Positions 15,831 through 28,156 of a DNA stretch of 64,000 bases are shown one piece after another; position 1 is the stretch's first letter; every line of letters begins with the position of its first letter. Location: NCBI RefSeq assembly GCF_009914755.1, contig NC_060928.1. The stretch is one strand, 5' to 3'. The position numbers were made by a program, and so were the translations under genes. The DNA comes from the human T2T-CHM13v2.0 reference genome, Homo sapiens. The notes beneath the pieces were generated by a model, which saw only the letters and a list, made by a program, of their open reading frames with translations, made no database searches and was not told the DNA's origin.

Positions 15831-16629
15831 TCATGTTACAATCAGTTGCAGTCGATGTGAGGGGGTCCCACAACCAGTTCCAGAATTCTAGTGCAATGGC
15901 ATTTATGGCAAACCTGTTTAAATTCTGGGTAAGGCTGAGATCCAGTACCAGCCACATTATAGTACCAGGGCCATTCTGCCTCCTGAACACTCAGGCCTGG
16001 CTTTGGAGCCCACCTCCCCACACAGGACCATTTCCTCAGTGTGAGTTCTTTCCCAACCCTTGTTGACTCTGTCTGCAAACTAAATTTTTAATATATCTGA
16101 GACAGAGATTGTGGACTTAAGTCAATATGTAAAGGGTATTGCCTATTGCCATGGGCCACCAGGAAACCCTGGGCCAGATCCTGCCTCATCAAGAGACCCT
16201 GTTGACACTGGAGGCTCAGAGAAGTTACCCATTTGAGGCTGGGGGTCCCGCAAGTCATAAGTGGTGGGGTCAAGATTTGAACTCATATCTCTGGGGCTCT
16301 TTCCAGTCCACTGTCTTGTTTTCTCCTCAAAGTGCAGCAAAGACAACAATTAGGTAAATGGAGGCCTTCCTACTTGAGGCTTTGTTAGCAAATTGAGGTT
16401 TTTCTGGCCTGGCCTGGGATTCCGGAAGTACAGGGGACAATTGTTTATGCTGCTGTTGGTGATTTCACATTTAGATGATGCAGACTGCTTGTTTTTCTTT
16501 CTTCATAGTACCTTTTCCCTCCCAAGCACTTAATCACCCAAAAGACGGAAACATCAAGGGTAGCCCATTTTTATACAATTCTGGAAAATGCTTGGGGCAG
16601 GTGGGAGGAAAGGGTGAAACGACTGGCAA

Positions 16630-16790
16630 TGTGGTTTTATAGAAAGAGCGTGGGCATCAGAATCAGACAGTTCTGGGTTCAAATCTGGGTTTGTCGCTTC
16701 CTATTTGAGTAAACATTTAGAAGTTAAAGGTCTTCATCTGTAAAACAGAGACAATACCGTCTACCTCTCAGCGTTACATGAGAAACCTTA
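16630..16790 (+). mobile_element. MIR fragment
   Basis: agaatcagacagttctgggttcaaatctgg...tcttcatctgtaaaacagag. Confidence 0.65.
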
Positions 16791-19700
16791 TTTAAAATCA
16801 TCAGTCTTGAAGAGGGCTCAATGACACTTAGTGTCCCTCACTTTGGCTGATCCTTTTTGGATTATATGAGAATTTTAGCTATCTATATTTTGCTATTCAT
16901 TCCTCTTACAGACAACCCTCAAGTCAACTCAGAAGCAGGTCTTGTTTCCATGGAGATGTATTTAAGGTAAACAAATGTGAAAAGGGGAAGCACAGACGCC
17001 CATCCCCTACACCCACTCACGGCCAATGCACCATCTCAGCAGAAATGTTTCCAAAGAAATGTTTCACAAAGCTTTCGGGGAAGGCCAAGGGCTCTTTCAC
17101 AGTCTTGACATGCTTTTTCATTGTACGGCTCTTGAAATGAACAATAATTCGAAACAGATAATAATGAACTTCACACAGCAATGGATCAAAAGTGGAATTA
17201 CTGAGCTCAGCATTGTCTAGTATAATTAGGCTGACATGCTGCTGAATCCAAATGGATGGCTTTCCGACCCCCACTTTTGCATGTGCACATTTATTTGCAG
17301 AAGAACTTTTAATGGGCAGAATATTACAAGATTTCTGGACCCCATGTGGTTTCAGTTCTAATCCAAACAGCTTACTTTCTTCTGAAACTCTGATTTTCCT
17401 TCCTCGCTTTCTTCTTTTTTTTTCTTTTGGCATCACTATTTTGGAAATTTCAAAGGAGAATTGGTTCCTTGAATGTGCATGGAAATATAAGCACATAAAT
17501 CACATGCTGAATTTACTTAACAAGGAGCAATAATCCCACTGTCACTTCCCACTGAACAATGCCTTTTTAGGAAAAAATGCTGCAAATCCTTTAGAAGTCC
17601 AAATCCGATGCATCCAATCAACTCACTTTTTTAAATTCCACAAAATAATTTCTCTGTTTTAAATAGCTTATTAAACACAACAGCAATCAGATAATAGATA
17701 TTTCTTAATTAGACCTAGCTTTAGATCTCTCTTCAATCATGGCAGACAGCAGACTAGCTAGTCACTTTATAGGGCCATAAACATTCATTTCAAAGTCTAA
17801 TAATAGAGTGGTTTCCTCTATTCTCCCTCTAACACAAGGGCCAATTTTTGTCGAGTGAAAATCAGCCCATGTCTTACACAAGACATCTGTCCTCAAGATG
17901 TGACACCTAAAATGATAAAGCAGAAATATATCACCAAAGCCAACAACTTATAAAATTATGGCTAACAAGACTAGACAATCTTGTTGTTGCGTCAACCACA
18001 AAAAAGAAAGAGAAAGGGCATTTAATATAGCCTTTATTAGTCACTTTATTAGTCACTGGTACCTGTCTTGAATTTTCCAAAGGCTCTAACAGAAGAATTA
18101 ACTTGGCCCATTTACAGAACCACAGGCAGAAGATTCTGCACTATCAGGGATATCCATAGTGGTAGCAAGAACGATTAGCAGAATGTCTAGATGTCCCTAA
18201 GCAGACAGATTAATGCCGCCATCCTCAAGGTAGGCTCTGAGCTGCTAGCTAGAATGATATAAGGAGCTCTGGTTAATACAGAGAGAAGGTCCCAGCCAAT
18301 AATTACTAGCATTGCTGGCCCCATCCATCCACATTAGATCCAGAGCGGAGAATGAAGTTGAACCTTAGAATCCTTCCCATTGTCATGCAAACAAATCTGT
18401 TAGATGAGATCTTAGAAGCATTGAGCAGCCCCCAAACCATAGAACTGCCAACCTTAGAGGTGGAAAATTGTAGAAGAGGAAACTGCAGCTGAAGGTGGTG
18501 AAATGACTCGCCTAAGGTCACAGAGAAACCACACCACCCTTCACCACTTGTGACTTGAATGGAAATAGTCTTTTTCTGACCAAAAAAAAAAAAAAGAGTG
18601 AGTACACTGTGTGTCAGCAAATGTTATGCCACATGCAGCTAGATCATTGCCCAACAAAGGAAATGTGGATTCACAGAACTAGCTTCCTACTTTGAACACT
18701 ATTTTTCCTGTAATCGGGTAAGGCTGGGGGCAAATTCTGGTCAAACCCTACAAAGATAAAGGGAAGCTCCATGTTTATAGATGCATGAACTGTAGGCCTA
18801 GTGAAGACTTCTCAATCATTTATCAATCCAGTATTGATTGGGGCATGCCCAACATGGGGCAGGTGTTTTGGAAAATATAGAAAAAGCGTAAGACATAGCC
18901 TTTTCCCTTAAGAAAAATTTAAACAATGTAGATGATTCTTAGAGATCAAGTGCAAAGATTAGATATTGATGATGATCCCAAAAGGCATTCAAAGATGGGA
19001 GAAATCGCAGGGTTTTTCACAAGTCAAGGATGGCTTGACCGACCTGAGATCTGTAAGGGACCTTGAAATCTGGATTGTGTAGAAGGATAGATGTAGGGGA
19101 GAGAAAACCTGGGGATATCTAAGCAGGAACAAAATTTCTGAGGTTGGAATTAATATGGCCCCAGAAAGTCTGGTCAAGACACCTAAGTGGCCTAGAAGTT
19201 GGTTTTAAGGGCACAGTGAAAAACAACACTGAACCCCGAGGGAAAGCCATAACAAGTGACTCACCAAATCATTTGGCCAAAGCAACACCAAACAAAGCTC
19301 AAGAGTCAGACCCATTTCCTTGAAGACTCGTCTCTCTGGTATGCTAAGAAAAATTAAATTTGCAATTTTCGGATGTACATATGCCAGAATTATCAAAATG
19401 TCGTGGATTCTCCTTCATATCATGACTAATATCCTCACCTCTGTACAAAATAGAAAGTTGGCCTGAGCTGTAAGAGGAAGGATTGCCCCTTTCTACCACC
19501 GCTCCCCAAGAGGAAATTGACTAAATAGTTTTGGAAGCCATTTCTAGACCCACAAGACCCTAATTCAAGAAAATAAGGTGTTGCCAAAGGTATTAAATAT
19601 CCAAGAAACTATCCGAATACCTTTCTATGCTTTTGAACATTCCTTCTCTCTGACCTTAAACATGCGCTTAAATATATCAACTCCTTTCATCTGAAGGTGT

Positions 19701-21303
19701 GCCCGCACATGGCCTTTCTAATATTACCTCCAATTTGGGGGGGCAGAGGATAAACGGACAAGCTGAGGAATTACAGAGCCACCTAAATGGGAGGCTACTT
19801 CAAGGTTAAAACATGGCATGCCCAAACGCTTGCTGTACACAAAGGCTATTTATAATAGTTCTGATTTTAAACTTGGATTTATAATGAAGTTCAAGGCAGA
19901 AAGAGCAAAATTCCATACTGAAGAAAAATTACAGCTGGAAAAATCATTTGAAAAAAAAAAAGAAAAAAAAAAAAAAACAAGAAAGCCTTCCAAGTGGTTA
20001 CTCAATTTGGGAATTTAGAGAAGATGGCAGTTTGTGTCCAAGAAGAAACTACTTTTGGGGAAATGGAAGAGTGGAAAGTCTTGCCTTCAGTCTATTTTTG
20101 TAGCCCTGCCTCCAGCCATGCACATAACTGAGTCAAGGAAGGGCATTCCTCCCCACAGCTTCCAAAAAGGCGCATGTGAACAGAGGCACCTGGTCACACT
20201 ATGGTGAGCCGAGTGCAAAAGCTTCAGGCAGCGAAGGGCAGTGGGAGGGGAGATATTAACTTGCCTCTGGCCTTTGGTGCCCAGCAAACCTGTGCCCTGC
20301 CTGCCTGTCCAGCCTGCCTGTGCCTCTCCAATCTGTGTTCCAGCATCTAGCTCCAGGTCACTCAGGAGTTGCGTGTGTTAGAGGGGGTGGGACAAGGTGA
20401 TGTGATGGATAGAAACTCTCTTCGTCTTCCTCTCTTACTTTGTCTTAAGTGGGAAGGAGTTTTGGGCTTGCGGGGAATCGTTGCTCAGCATGCTTGCTTG
20501 TGCTCTGTAGGTTAAAGCGTTTAACTATAGGGTGGCAGGTGGTATCTATCTATGTACCCACTTCTTACCTCTCTCTAGCAGATGAGCCTCCAGAGCACAG
20601 CACTCATTTACTCTGAGCAAAGACTCAACTCCAGAATCCTTCCCAATCCAGCAGTCCAGGCTGTCATTACTAATCAGAATGGGCAAGTGGTTTGCAACTC
20701 ATTTGCCAAGGTAGAGAAAAGAAGAGCAGGAAGAAAGAGGAAAGTAACATTTTCTGAGCACCAATCATATGCCAAATAGTGGCATGTCAAGCGGGTGGGG
20801 AAGTCAGCCTCGATGGGGAGGGGACAGGTTATCACTGGCATTGCATAGTGAATATAAAATGACTTCGATCATCTTTACACTGGGCTCAATACTCCATGGA
20901 CAATGCACCCTCATTGCCACTCCCACTGTCCCCTCCGCCTTCCTGACTGCACCACCAGGACCAAGAACAGCTGGTGGCCCTTTCACAGGGCTTGCCTTTC
21001 CCAACAGCCTGGTGGTGTGGCAAGGACTTGGAACCATCCCTCTTATACTGTTAAATCCCCTGTTGAGGTCAGACTGTGCCTCAGTTTCCTCACTTGTAAA
21101 GTGAAGATAACAAAGCTGTACCTTTCCTAGAGGGCTGTAGTGAGGGCTAGTGCTTCTGCAATTGTGAGAGGGCACAAAACCTGGCATATAGGAAGAACTG
21201 TTAAATGTCAATTTTCCCTTAAGTTACCAGCTGAACTGGGCTGCCCCTACCTGAGTTTTAAGATCATTACAATAATAATAATAACCAATTGTAATATACC
21301 ACA

Positions 21304-21492
21304 TAGGATCGTCTGGTTTAGAAAAACAGACAGGATACTCAGTCAAATTTGAATTTCAGATAAGAAATGAGTAATTTTTAGTATGAGTATTTCCCAAACA
21401 TTGCATGGAACATAGTTATACTAAAAATTTATTTATTTTTAATCTGAAATTCAAGTTTAACTGAGTGTCCTATATTTTATCTGGCAACACTA
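21304..21492. mobile_element. MER53 palindromic hAT MITE
   Basis: tagg...cagtcaaatttgaatttcagataag...tttttagtatgagtatttcccaaacattgcatggaacatagttatactaaaaa...atctgaaattcaagtttaactg...ctggcaacacta; arms are reverse complements. Confidence 0.9.
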
Positions 21493-21803
21493 ACATCAAA
21501 TCTTAAGGTGTGTGGAATAAACAAAGGCATAACTCTTTGGAAATAAAAATGTCACACTGAAAGAAATGTTTCTCCAAATTGATTTTCAAACTTTTTCCAG
21601 CCACATTCCACAGCAAGAAATACATTTTGCATCACAGTGCAATACACACAAATGTGTATTAACTGAAATCAACATTTTACAAAACCTTTTTTGTGTACAG
21701 TATATTCTGATATTTTGTCTCCTTCATTCTACTTTATCTTATTTCTTTTTAAAAAAATTCTTTGTCCAGTATCACTTAACTGATTTCATGACCCCCTTAA
21801 TTG

Positions 21804-22490
21804 AGGGGTCAACAAATTATGGCCCAGGGCTAAATCTAACTAACCACCTCTTTTTGTAAGGCTTGTAAGCTAAAAATGTTTTTTACATTTTTGGCCAGGC
21901 GCGGTGGCTCACACTTGCAATCCCAGCACTTTGGGAGGCGAAGGTGGGCAGATTGCATTAAAACCAGGAGTTTGAGACCAGCCTGGCCAACATGGCGAAA
22001 CCTTGTCTCTAGTAAAAAGAGAAAAATTAGCTGGGCATGGTGGCACATGCCTATAGTCCCAGCTACTCTGCAGGCTGAGGCAGGAGTTGCTTGAACCTAG
22101 GAGGCAGAGGTTGCAGTGAATTGAGATCACACCACTGCACTCCATACAACTTTTTGAGACTCTGTCTCAAAGAATAAAATAAAAAAGATAAGATAAAAGT
22201 TAAAAAGATAAGATTAAAAATTTTCTACATTTTTAAGTGGTTGGAAGAAATCAAAAGGAGAATGATATCTCATGACTGGTGAAAATTATATGAAATTCAC
22301 ATTTTAGTATTCATAAATAGTTTAATTACAGGACAGACACGCTCACTTGTTTACCCATTGTCTTTGATCATTTTCGCACTACAGTGGCAGAGTTGAGCAG
22401 TTGCAAGTTGAGAGTTGCGTGTTGAGTACAGCCCACAAAACCTAAAATATTTACAATTTGTGCCCTTACTGAAAAAAAATTGCCTACCCC
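21804..22490 (+). mobile_element. MER58B (hAT-Charlie), interrupted by an Alu and apparently nested in an older hAT relic (about 21570-22530)
   Basis: aggggtcaacaaattatggccc...cactacagtggcagagttgagcagttgc...cctaaaatatttac...ttgcctacccct. Confidence 0.8.
21893..22185 (+). mobile_element. Alu inside MER58B
   Basis: Starts ggccaggcgcggtggctcac; A-rich tail; flanks share ...tacatttt. Confidence 0.93.
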
Positions 22491-23224
22491 TACCCTAAAG
22501 GGTTGCAATTTGCAGTTTGAAACGCTCTGTTCTAAATGGTTTTGCCCCAAAAGGATTCATTTCTATTCATGTGAGTGAGCAGTTTTTTTAACAATGTCAA
22601 GTTAACCTTACTCTTCTTATTTCCTCATAGGATAAAGACAGAGGAACAAATACCAGACCAGCAAACTTACCTGAATCCAGCTGCCCTCAGAGTATGGCTG
22701 AGGCTTGGTCAAAGCCCAGAACTTAGCAAGGGTTAGAGGACATCATGGGACCATATTCCCAGTCACTCCAGGTATCCACTACTCACAGGGAAGGGAGGGA
22801 TTATGAAGAACACAGAACAAATGTCAAGTTCTTGACTTTGAATCATTTAGGCTCTTGACTCTTATTACAGAGATTGGGTGGGTCCTCCATAGCCAAGGTT
22901 TGTGATAGAAAAGTGTGATCAAATCTAAAGGCTAAGCCCCACGTAAGCACGACATAAAAGTTTATACTACAAACAAGAGAATGGAAAGAGAGGAAAGGAT
23001 GGTTGCTCTAGCTAGGGAAAGAGGAGAGGGGAAGAAGAAGATGCTGACATAGCCCTGAGGGGTCCTGCACTTTGCCTGCTCCCTCGTCTTGTGATTTTCT
23101 GAAGTGGGGTAGCGGGTGATAAATCATCAAGATAGGTTTAGTAATGCCAAGACCTGAGAATGTGTGCCCTGATCTACGGGAGACGCCTGGAGTTAGGGGA
23201 GAACAGCACAGATACATACCGAGA

Positions 23225-23414
23225 TCATCAAGGGCCCCGAGGGCCAAATGCAGTATGCCACTTCCTTTTGTAAGTGAAGTTTTATTGGAACACAGCCATG
23301 CCCGTTCATTTATCTATTGCCTGTGGCAGCGTTTGTGCTACAGTAACAGAGTGGAGTACTCATCTAAAATACGTGCTGTCTGGCCCTTTACAGGGCATAG
23401 TTTGCCATCCCCTG
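23225..23414 (+). mobile_element. MER58A fragment
   Basis: agttttattggaacacagccatgcccgttcattt...tctggccctttacag...tttgccatcccctg. Confidence 0.8.
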
Positions 23415-26400
23415 CGTTGTATGCTGGCCATAGTGGAGAAGAGAGCGCAACAGAGCAAAGCAGTGGGGAGGCCCCAGGAAAGCCCCCGATCTGTCACAGC
23501 CAGGCCCATGTAAGAGAGCATCCTAAAGTTTCCCTTGCTCCTGCCTCCAAAATGGGCACAAAATGGCCAAAAGAGGGCCGCAGACCTGAGCAGAGCTTGA
23601 GGTTGGGACAAGAAGACACAGTGGAGATGGAGGGCTTTCTAACAATGGAGGACTTGGCAGCCTCCAAGTATGGCCCCTGGGTGCCACTACGCATAGGTGC
23701 TGATGGCCAAAGACCAGGTCTGCTTCAGGCTAAGGATGCCTGTGGACCATACCACCCCATCCCTCTCTCAGTCCCCCAGAACCCCGTTTTCTACACCTAC
23801 ACCATCCTATATTTCCAGGATCTTACCAGCAACCCCAAGAAGAAGGGAAGGGCATGAAATTTTGAATTGAGTGACTGAAACCGGCATGACTGCATAAACA
23901 CTGAAGTGAGTGATTTTTACCAGGAAGACACTATATATTAAGTTTCCTGCCACTAGAAGAATGTAGACTTAAACTAGAAATTAGGTTATAGAAAAATGAA
24001 GAGGTTTACATTCTACATAGCCGATAGGAAGAACAGGAAACTGACTTTGTTGCTGCAGGAAATTGGAACTTCATTCACAGCAATTCTGAGACCACAGAAG
24101 TTGAAGTCCTTATGGTTCATGACTCAATGACTCCATACCTACTCATTTTTCTACCGACTTCTTTCTAGAATAAGACAGTTTAAAGCAGTCCAAATCTTCC
24201 GGAGATTTTTCCCATTCTACCTGCAACTCCATAAAAGGAATCCTGTACAAGTCTAAATTTTCACCAGTAGGTGGTGCTAACACAAACACTACACTGTACT
24301 TATCTGAGGATGAATTAGCCAGACACTAATTAAAGCTCTCTGCATTAGCACTTTTCTCTACAGCGCCTTCCCTCTGGTCTAATTGAACTTTGTTATTAAG
24401 CAGTCCCTGAGTGGTTTCACCTCAGGGCTAACACTCTCTCTCTGGAGTGGTATAATGGAAAGAATTCCAGCATTAGGAAACATGGGGTATGGATTTTGGC
24501 TGTCTTACTAATTAGATGAATTCGCCAAGTCACTTAATCTCTCTGAGTCTTAGGATCTTCATTTTTAAAATAAGTGAGTTGGGTTTGTGGGATGCTTGTT
24601 TTCCAGGTTTGAGAAACAATTCCACAACCGCTCTTCTCCCATCAAGCTAATACATTTTGAGGAAAAACTCAAGATTTCAAGAAATAGGCTCTCGGACACA
24701 ATTCTGTGGGGGAGGTAAGAAGTCTGTGGCACAGACTTTCTGTCAGGCAATTTGGCAATGTATAGCGGCAGTCCTAAAAATGTATGTACCTCTTGACCAC
24801 GAATTCCATATCTGGGAATTCATCTCAAATAAATAATTACAGGCATGTGCAGATATGGAGCCAAGAGAACACTCTATAATGCAGTGCATGTTGACTTTGT
24901 TGAGAGCTCAGTGTATCTTCGCTAACCAGTTTCTGAACTTCAGATAATCCTTAGAACTATATTATAATCCTTGTATAAGGCAACAAAGCAAACTATTGCT
25001 TAATCATACAATGAAAGGAAGAAGTAATGAACGTATTTTGTGTGCCACACACCAAGCCAGACACTTTTCTTAAGTTCTTTCTTTAAATATTCTTACAATA
25101 ACCCTATGGCGAAAAGGTATTATTAATTCTATTTTATAGCTAGGGAGTCCAACACTCAGACCAGTTAACCTTCTTGATCAAAGTCACCCAGTGCTGATTA
25201 CTGGGAGAAGAATTGCATCTTCTACTTTACAAAGATCAAGTTCTCTGAGGGCTTGGGGAAAGCTTTCCCTGTCATGGAAGTAAGAGGAGGGAAATTCAGT
25301 AGGTGAACTTTGATTCTGCCTCAGAATTGGATCTGGGCTCTTGGGCGTCTTTGAGGAAGAACTGCAATTTCAAAGCTTCTGCCAATTCTTTGTGCTGCTA
25401 AAAATGGAAACCCAAATTAGTCTGTGGGGGCCCCGCTTTCTGGTGGAGAAAACGTTCTTAATTGAGCTTTTATTTGTGCAAAAGGAAATTCCGTTCTGGG
25501 ATGGGAAAGCCTAGACAAGGAAACACTCAAGCTCTGTGTCTACCAAAGTAAAAGAGTGAGGATTGTACCGATGTTAATGGATTTGGGGCTTCCACTGGTA
25601 GACAGAGGGAAGAGGCTGTGGGGGCACGGCATTCAGGGAAAGAGAAACACAGTCAATGCAAACCCCGGTGTGGAGGTAAAGACGGCATAGGAGCACACCT
25701 GGCAATGTGCTGGGAGCCTGAAGGTGAAGGAAGACCAGTAGGAATTGGGTGGGATGAGATTTGACCCAAGGACTTGGGGTATGGTTGGTCATGGCTGACA
25801 CTGAGCTTCATTTTTCCCTCTCTGCACTGAAATTTTTTCAAGCTTTCAGTTGAGCCAGAAAGCCTCATGTTAGCATTGTCTTGGGGTGAAGGGAGGCACT
25901 GAATCCATTGGATCAGGGACACACATCCAGGTGGAGAAATGGTAAGTGAATGCCAAGACTGTGTCTACATTCCTTGGAAGAACCCTGGGCTTCCTGAAGC
26001 CTCCTGGTTTGGAAGCTGGAGTTCTTTTATTTGCATATATATATATTTTTTACAAAAAGGATGGTCTTGGAAGGTTGTCATAAACTCAGGGACACAGGAG
26101 TTCCGTCTCATTGTTATATTTCAGGGACTGAGACTTAAGATGTTCTGCAGGACAGCTGAAACCATGGAGAAGGGTGCTTTTTAACAGGGTTCACCTGTTC
26201 TGAGGACTCTGCGACCACAAGCACTTGGCCGCTGTCAGCAGGCTAGGTGATTACAGCATTAGATCATGCCTCTAATGGGAAAAAGGCTTCTCCTTTCTGG
26301 CTGACTAATCAGCTTGCCATTTTTATTGCATGATCAGTATCAAGAGCCAATGATTTCTGTCAGCTCCCCGGGTGCACACTAGCATGACAGAAAGAACAGC

Positions 26401-26629
26401 TATATTAGCAAAGAAAACAGGTGGAGAGATTAGCAAACTCACTTAAAAGGTCAAGACAGCTTGGTCCCTTATGGCACAGTGACAGGAAGGCTGAAGGGGC
26501 CCCTTTCTTAGAACAAGAATAGCTGCTAGTACGAAACTCCCATACTTCTAGTCATCTATCTAGTCATCTTGCTATTTTCCTTTTTCTTATTATTTTAAAG
26601 TCCAAAGTATTTCATGCTCATTGTCAATC

Positions 26630-27082
26630 TGTAGCAGTTCCCTAGGGCTGCCATGACAAATTACTACAAACTTGGTTTCTTAAAACAGCAGGAAATTATT
26701 CTCTCATGGCCCTGGAGGCCAAAAAGTCTGGAATCAAGGTGTGGGCTATGCTCCCTCTGGAGGCTTTATTGAAGAATCCCTCCTTACCTCTTCCAGCCTC
26801 TGGTGGCTCCAGGCAATCTTTGGCATTCCTTGGCTTGTGTCTGCGTCACTCCAATCTTTGCCTCCATCTTCGCACGGCCCCCTCTTCTCCCTAAGTGTCC
26901 CTTCTCTGCGTTTCTCACATAAGGACACTTGCTGTTGGACCTAGGGCCCACCTGGATCAGCCATGATGACCTCATTTTGAGATCCTTAACATAATTACAT
27001 CTGCAAAGACTCACTTTCAAATAAGGTCACACCCACGGGTTCGAGGAAGACATGAATTTCGAGAGGTCAGTGTTCAACCCAG
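26630..27082 (-). mobile_element. MLT1C-like MaLR LTR
   Basis: ccctagggctgccatgacaaattactacaaacttgg...tccttaacataattacatctgcaaagac...aaataaggtcaca. Confidence 0.88.
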
Positions 27083-27721
27083 TTCTTGGGGATGTTCTTT
27101 TGTGTCAAAGTGCTTTCAAAGCTCTTGAAAATTCATGTTCAAATTCTCAAGTGCGAAGGGCTGATCTGTGAAGAGCAGTGCCAGTGTATCCATAGCTGCC
27201 TGAAGGTGGACGATGGGCAGTGCTGGGGCCAGGACACCTCCGGAATAGTGCTCCCTCCCCACTCAGCTCACATCAGCCACCAAGTGCTGTGTGTGGTCCC
27301 CTCTCCTCAGTGTCACACCATCATAACCTCTTCTCCAAAGCTCAGGCCACCAAATTCCTTACCTGAGGAAGAGCAACATCCTCTGGAAGGAATTTCTTCA
27401 CCTCCTGTCTTGCTGGCCTCCAGTACATTCTCTAACCATCAGCCCACGTGATCTTTCTAGGTTAAAATTAAAATTTTGCAAAGCTTGCTTATTGCCTTTG
27501 GGCTGTGGTTCAAGCCTCTTGGCTGGGCACTCCAGGTCCTCTGAGACCAGCTCCTTGCTTCCCAAGGCAGTCTTAGCTCCCCACCACACCTCTGGCAGCC
27601 TAAGCCCCAGGCAGTCTTGCCACTGAAGAACGAAGCAAGTCCACAAACACCTCCTTGCCTTTACATCCTCTGCTCTTCCTGTCTGAAAATACTTTTTTCC
27701 TTATTCACCTGGTCTCTTGGG

Positions 27722-28156
27722 GTGAGTAGTGGCCCACAAAAAGATATGCCCTGTCCTAACTTCCAGAACCTGAGAATGTGACCTTATTTGGAGAAAGGGT
27801 TTTGCAGATGCAAGCAACTTAAAGATCCCAAGATGAGATCGTCCTGGATTACCTGAGTGGGCCCCCAATCCCATGACATGTGTCTTTATAAGAGAAAGGC
27901 AGAGGGAGATTTGACACAGAGCAGACAGTCCTGTGAAGACAGAGGCAGAGATTGGAGCAATGCAGTGCAACCTGAAACCAAGAATTGCCCAGAGGAATCA
28001 CTGGAAGCCGGAAGAGGCAAGGAAGGATTCTCTCCTAGAGCCCGCAGAGGGAGCATGGACTTGCCAACACCTTAATTTTGGACTTCTGGCCTCCAGAACT
28101 ATGAGAGAATAAAGTTTTGTTGTTTTAAGCCACCCAGTAGGTGATAATTTGTTAAG
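27722..28156 (+). mobile_element. MLT1C-like MaLR LTR
   Basis: gaatgtgaccttatttgg...ggattctctcctagagcc...ggacttctggcctccagaactatgagagaataaa...gcagccctaggaaactaa. Confidence 0.88.

Noticed and set aside
17017-17496. 159-aa minus-strand ORF with a basic NLS-like stretch (PKEKKRRKRGRK)
   Set aside because: The basic run comes from a T/C-rich tract on the plus strand; no domain or exon support.
23144-23857. Longest ORF in the window (237 aa, plus strand)
   Set aside because: It runs through a MER58A fragment, has no recognisable domain and no supporting gene structure; consistent with a chance ORF.
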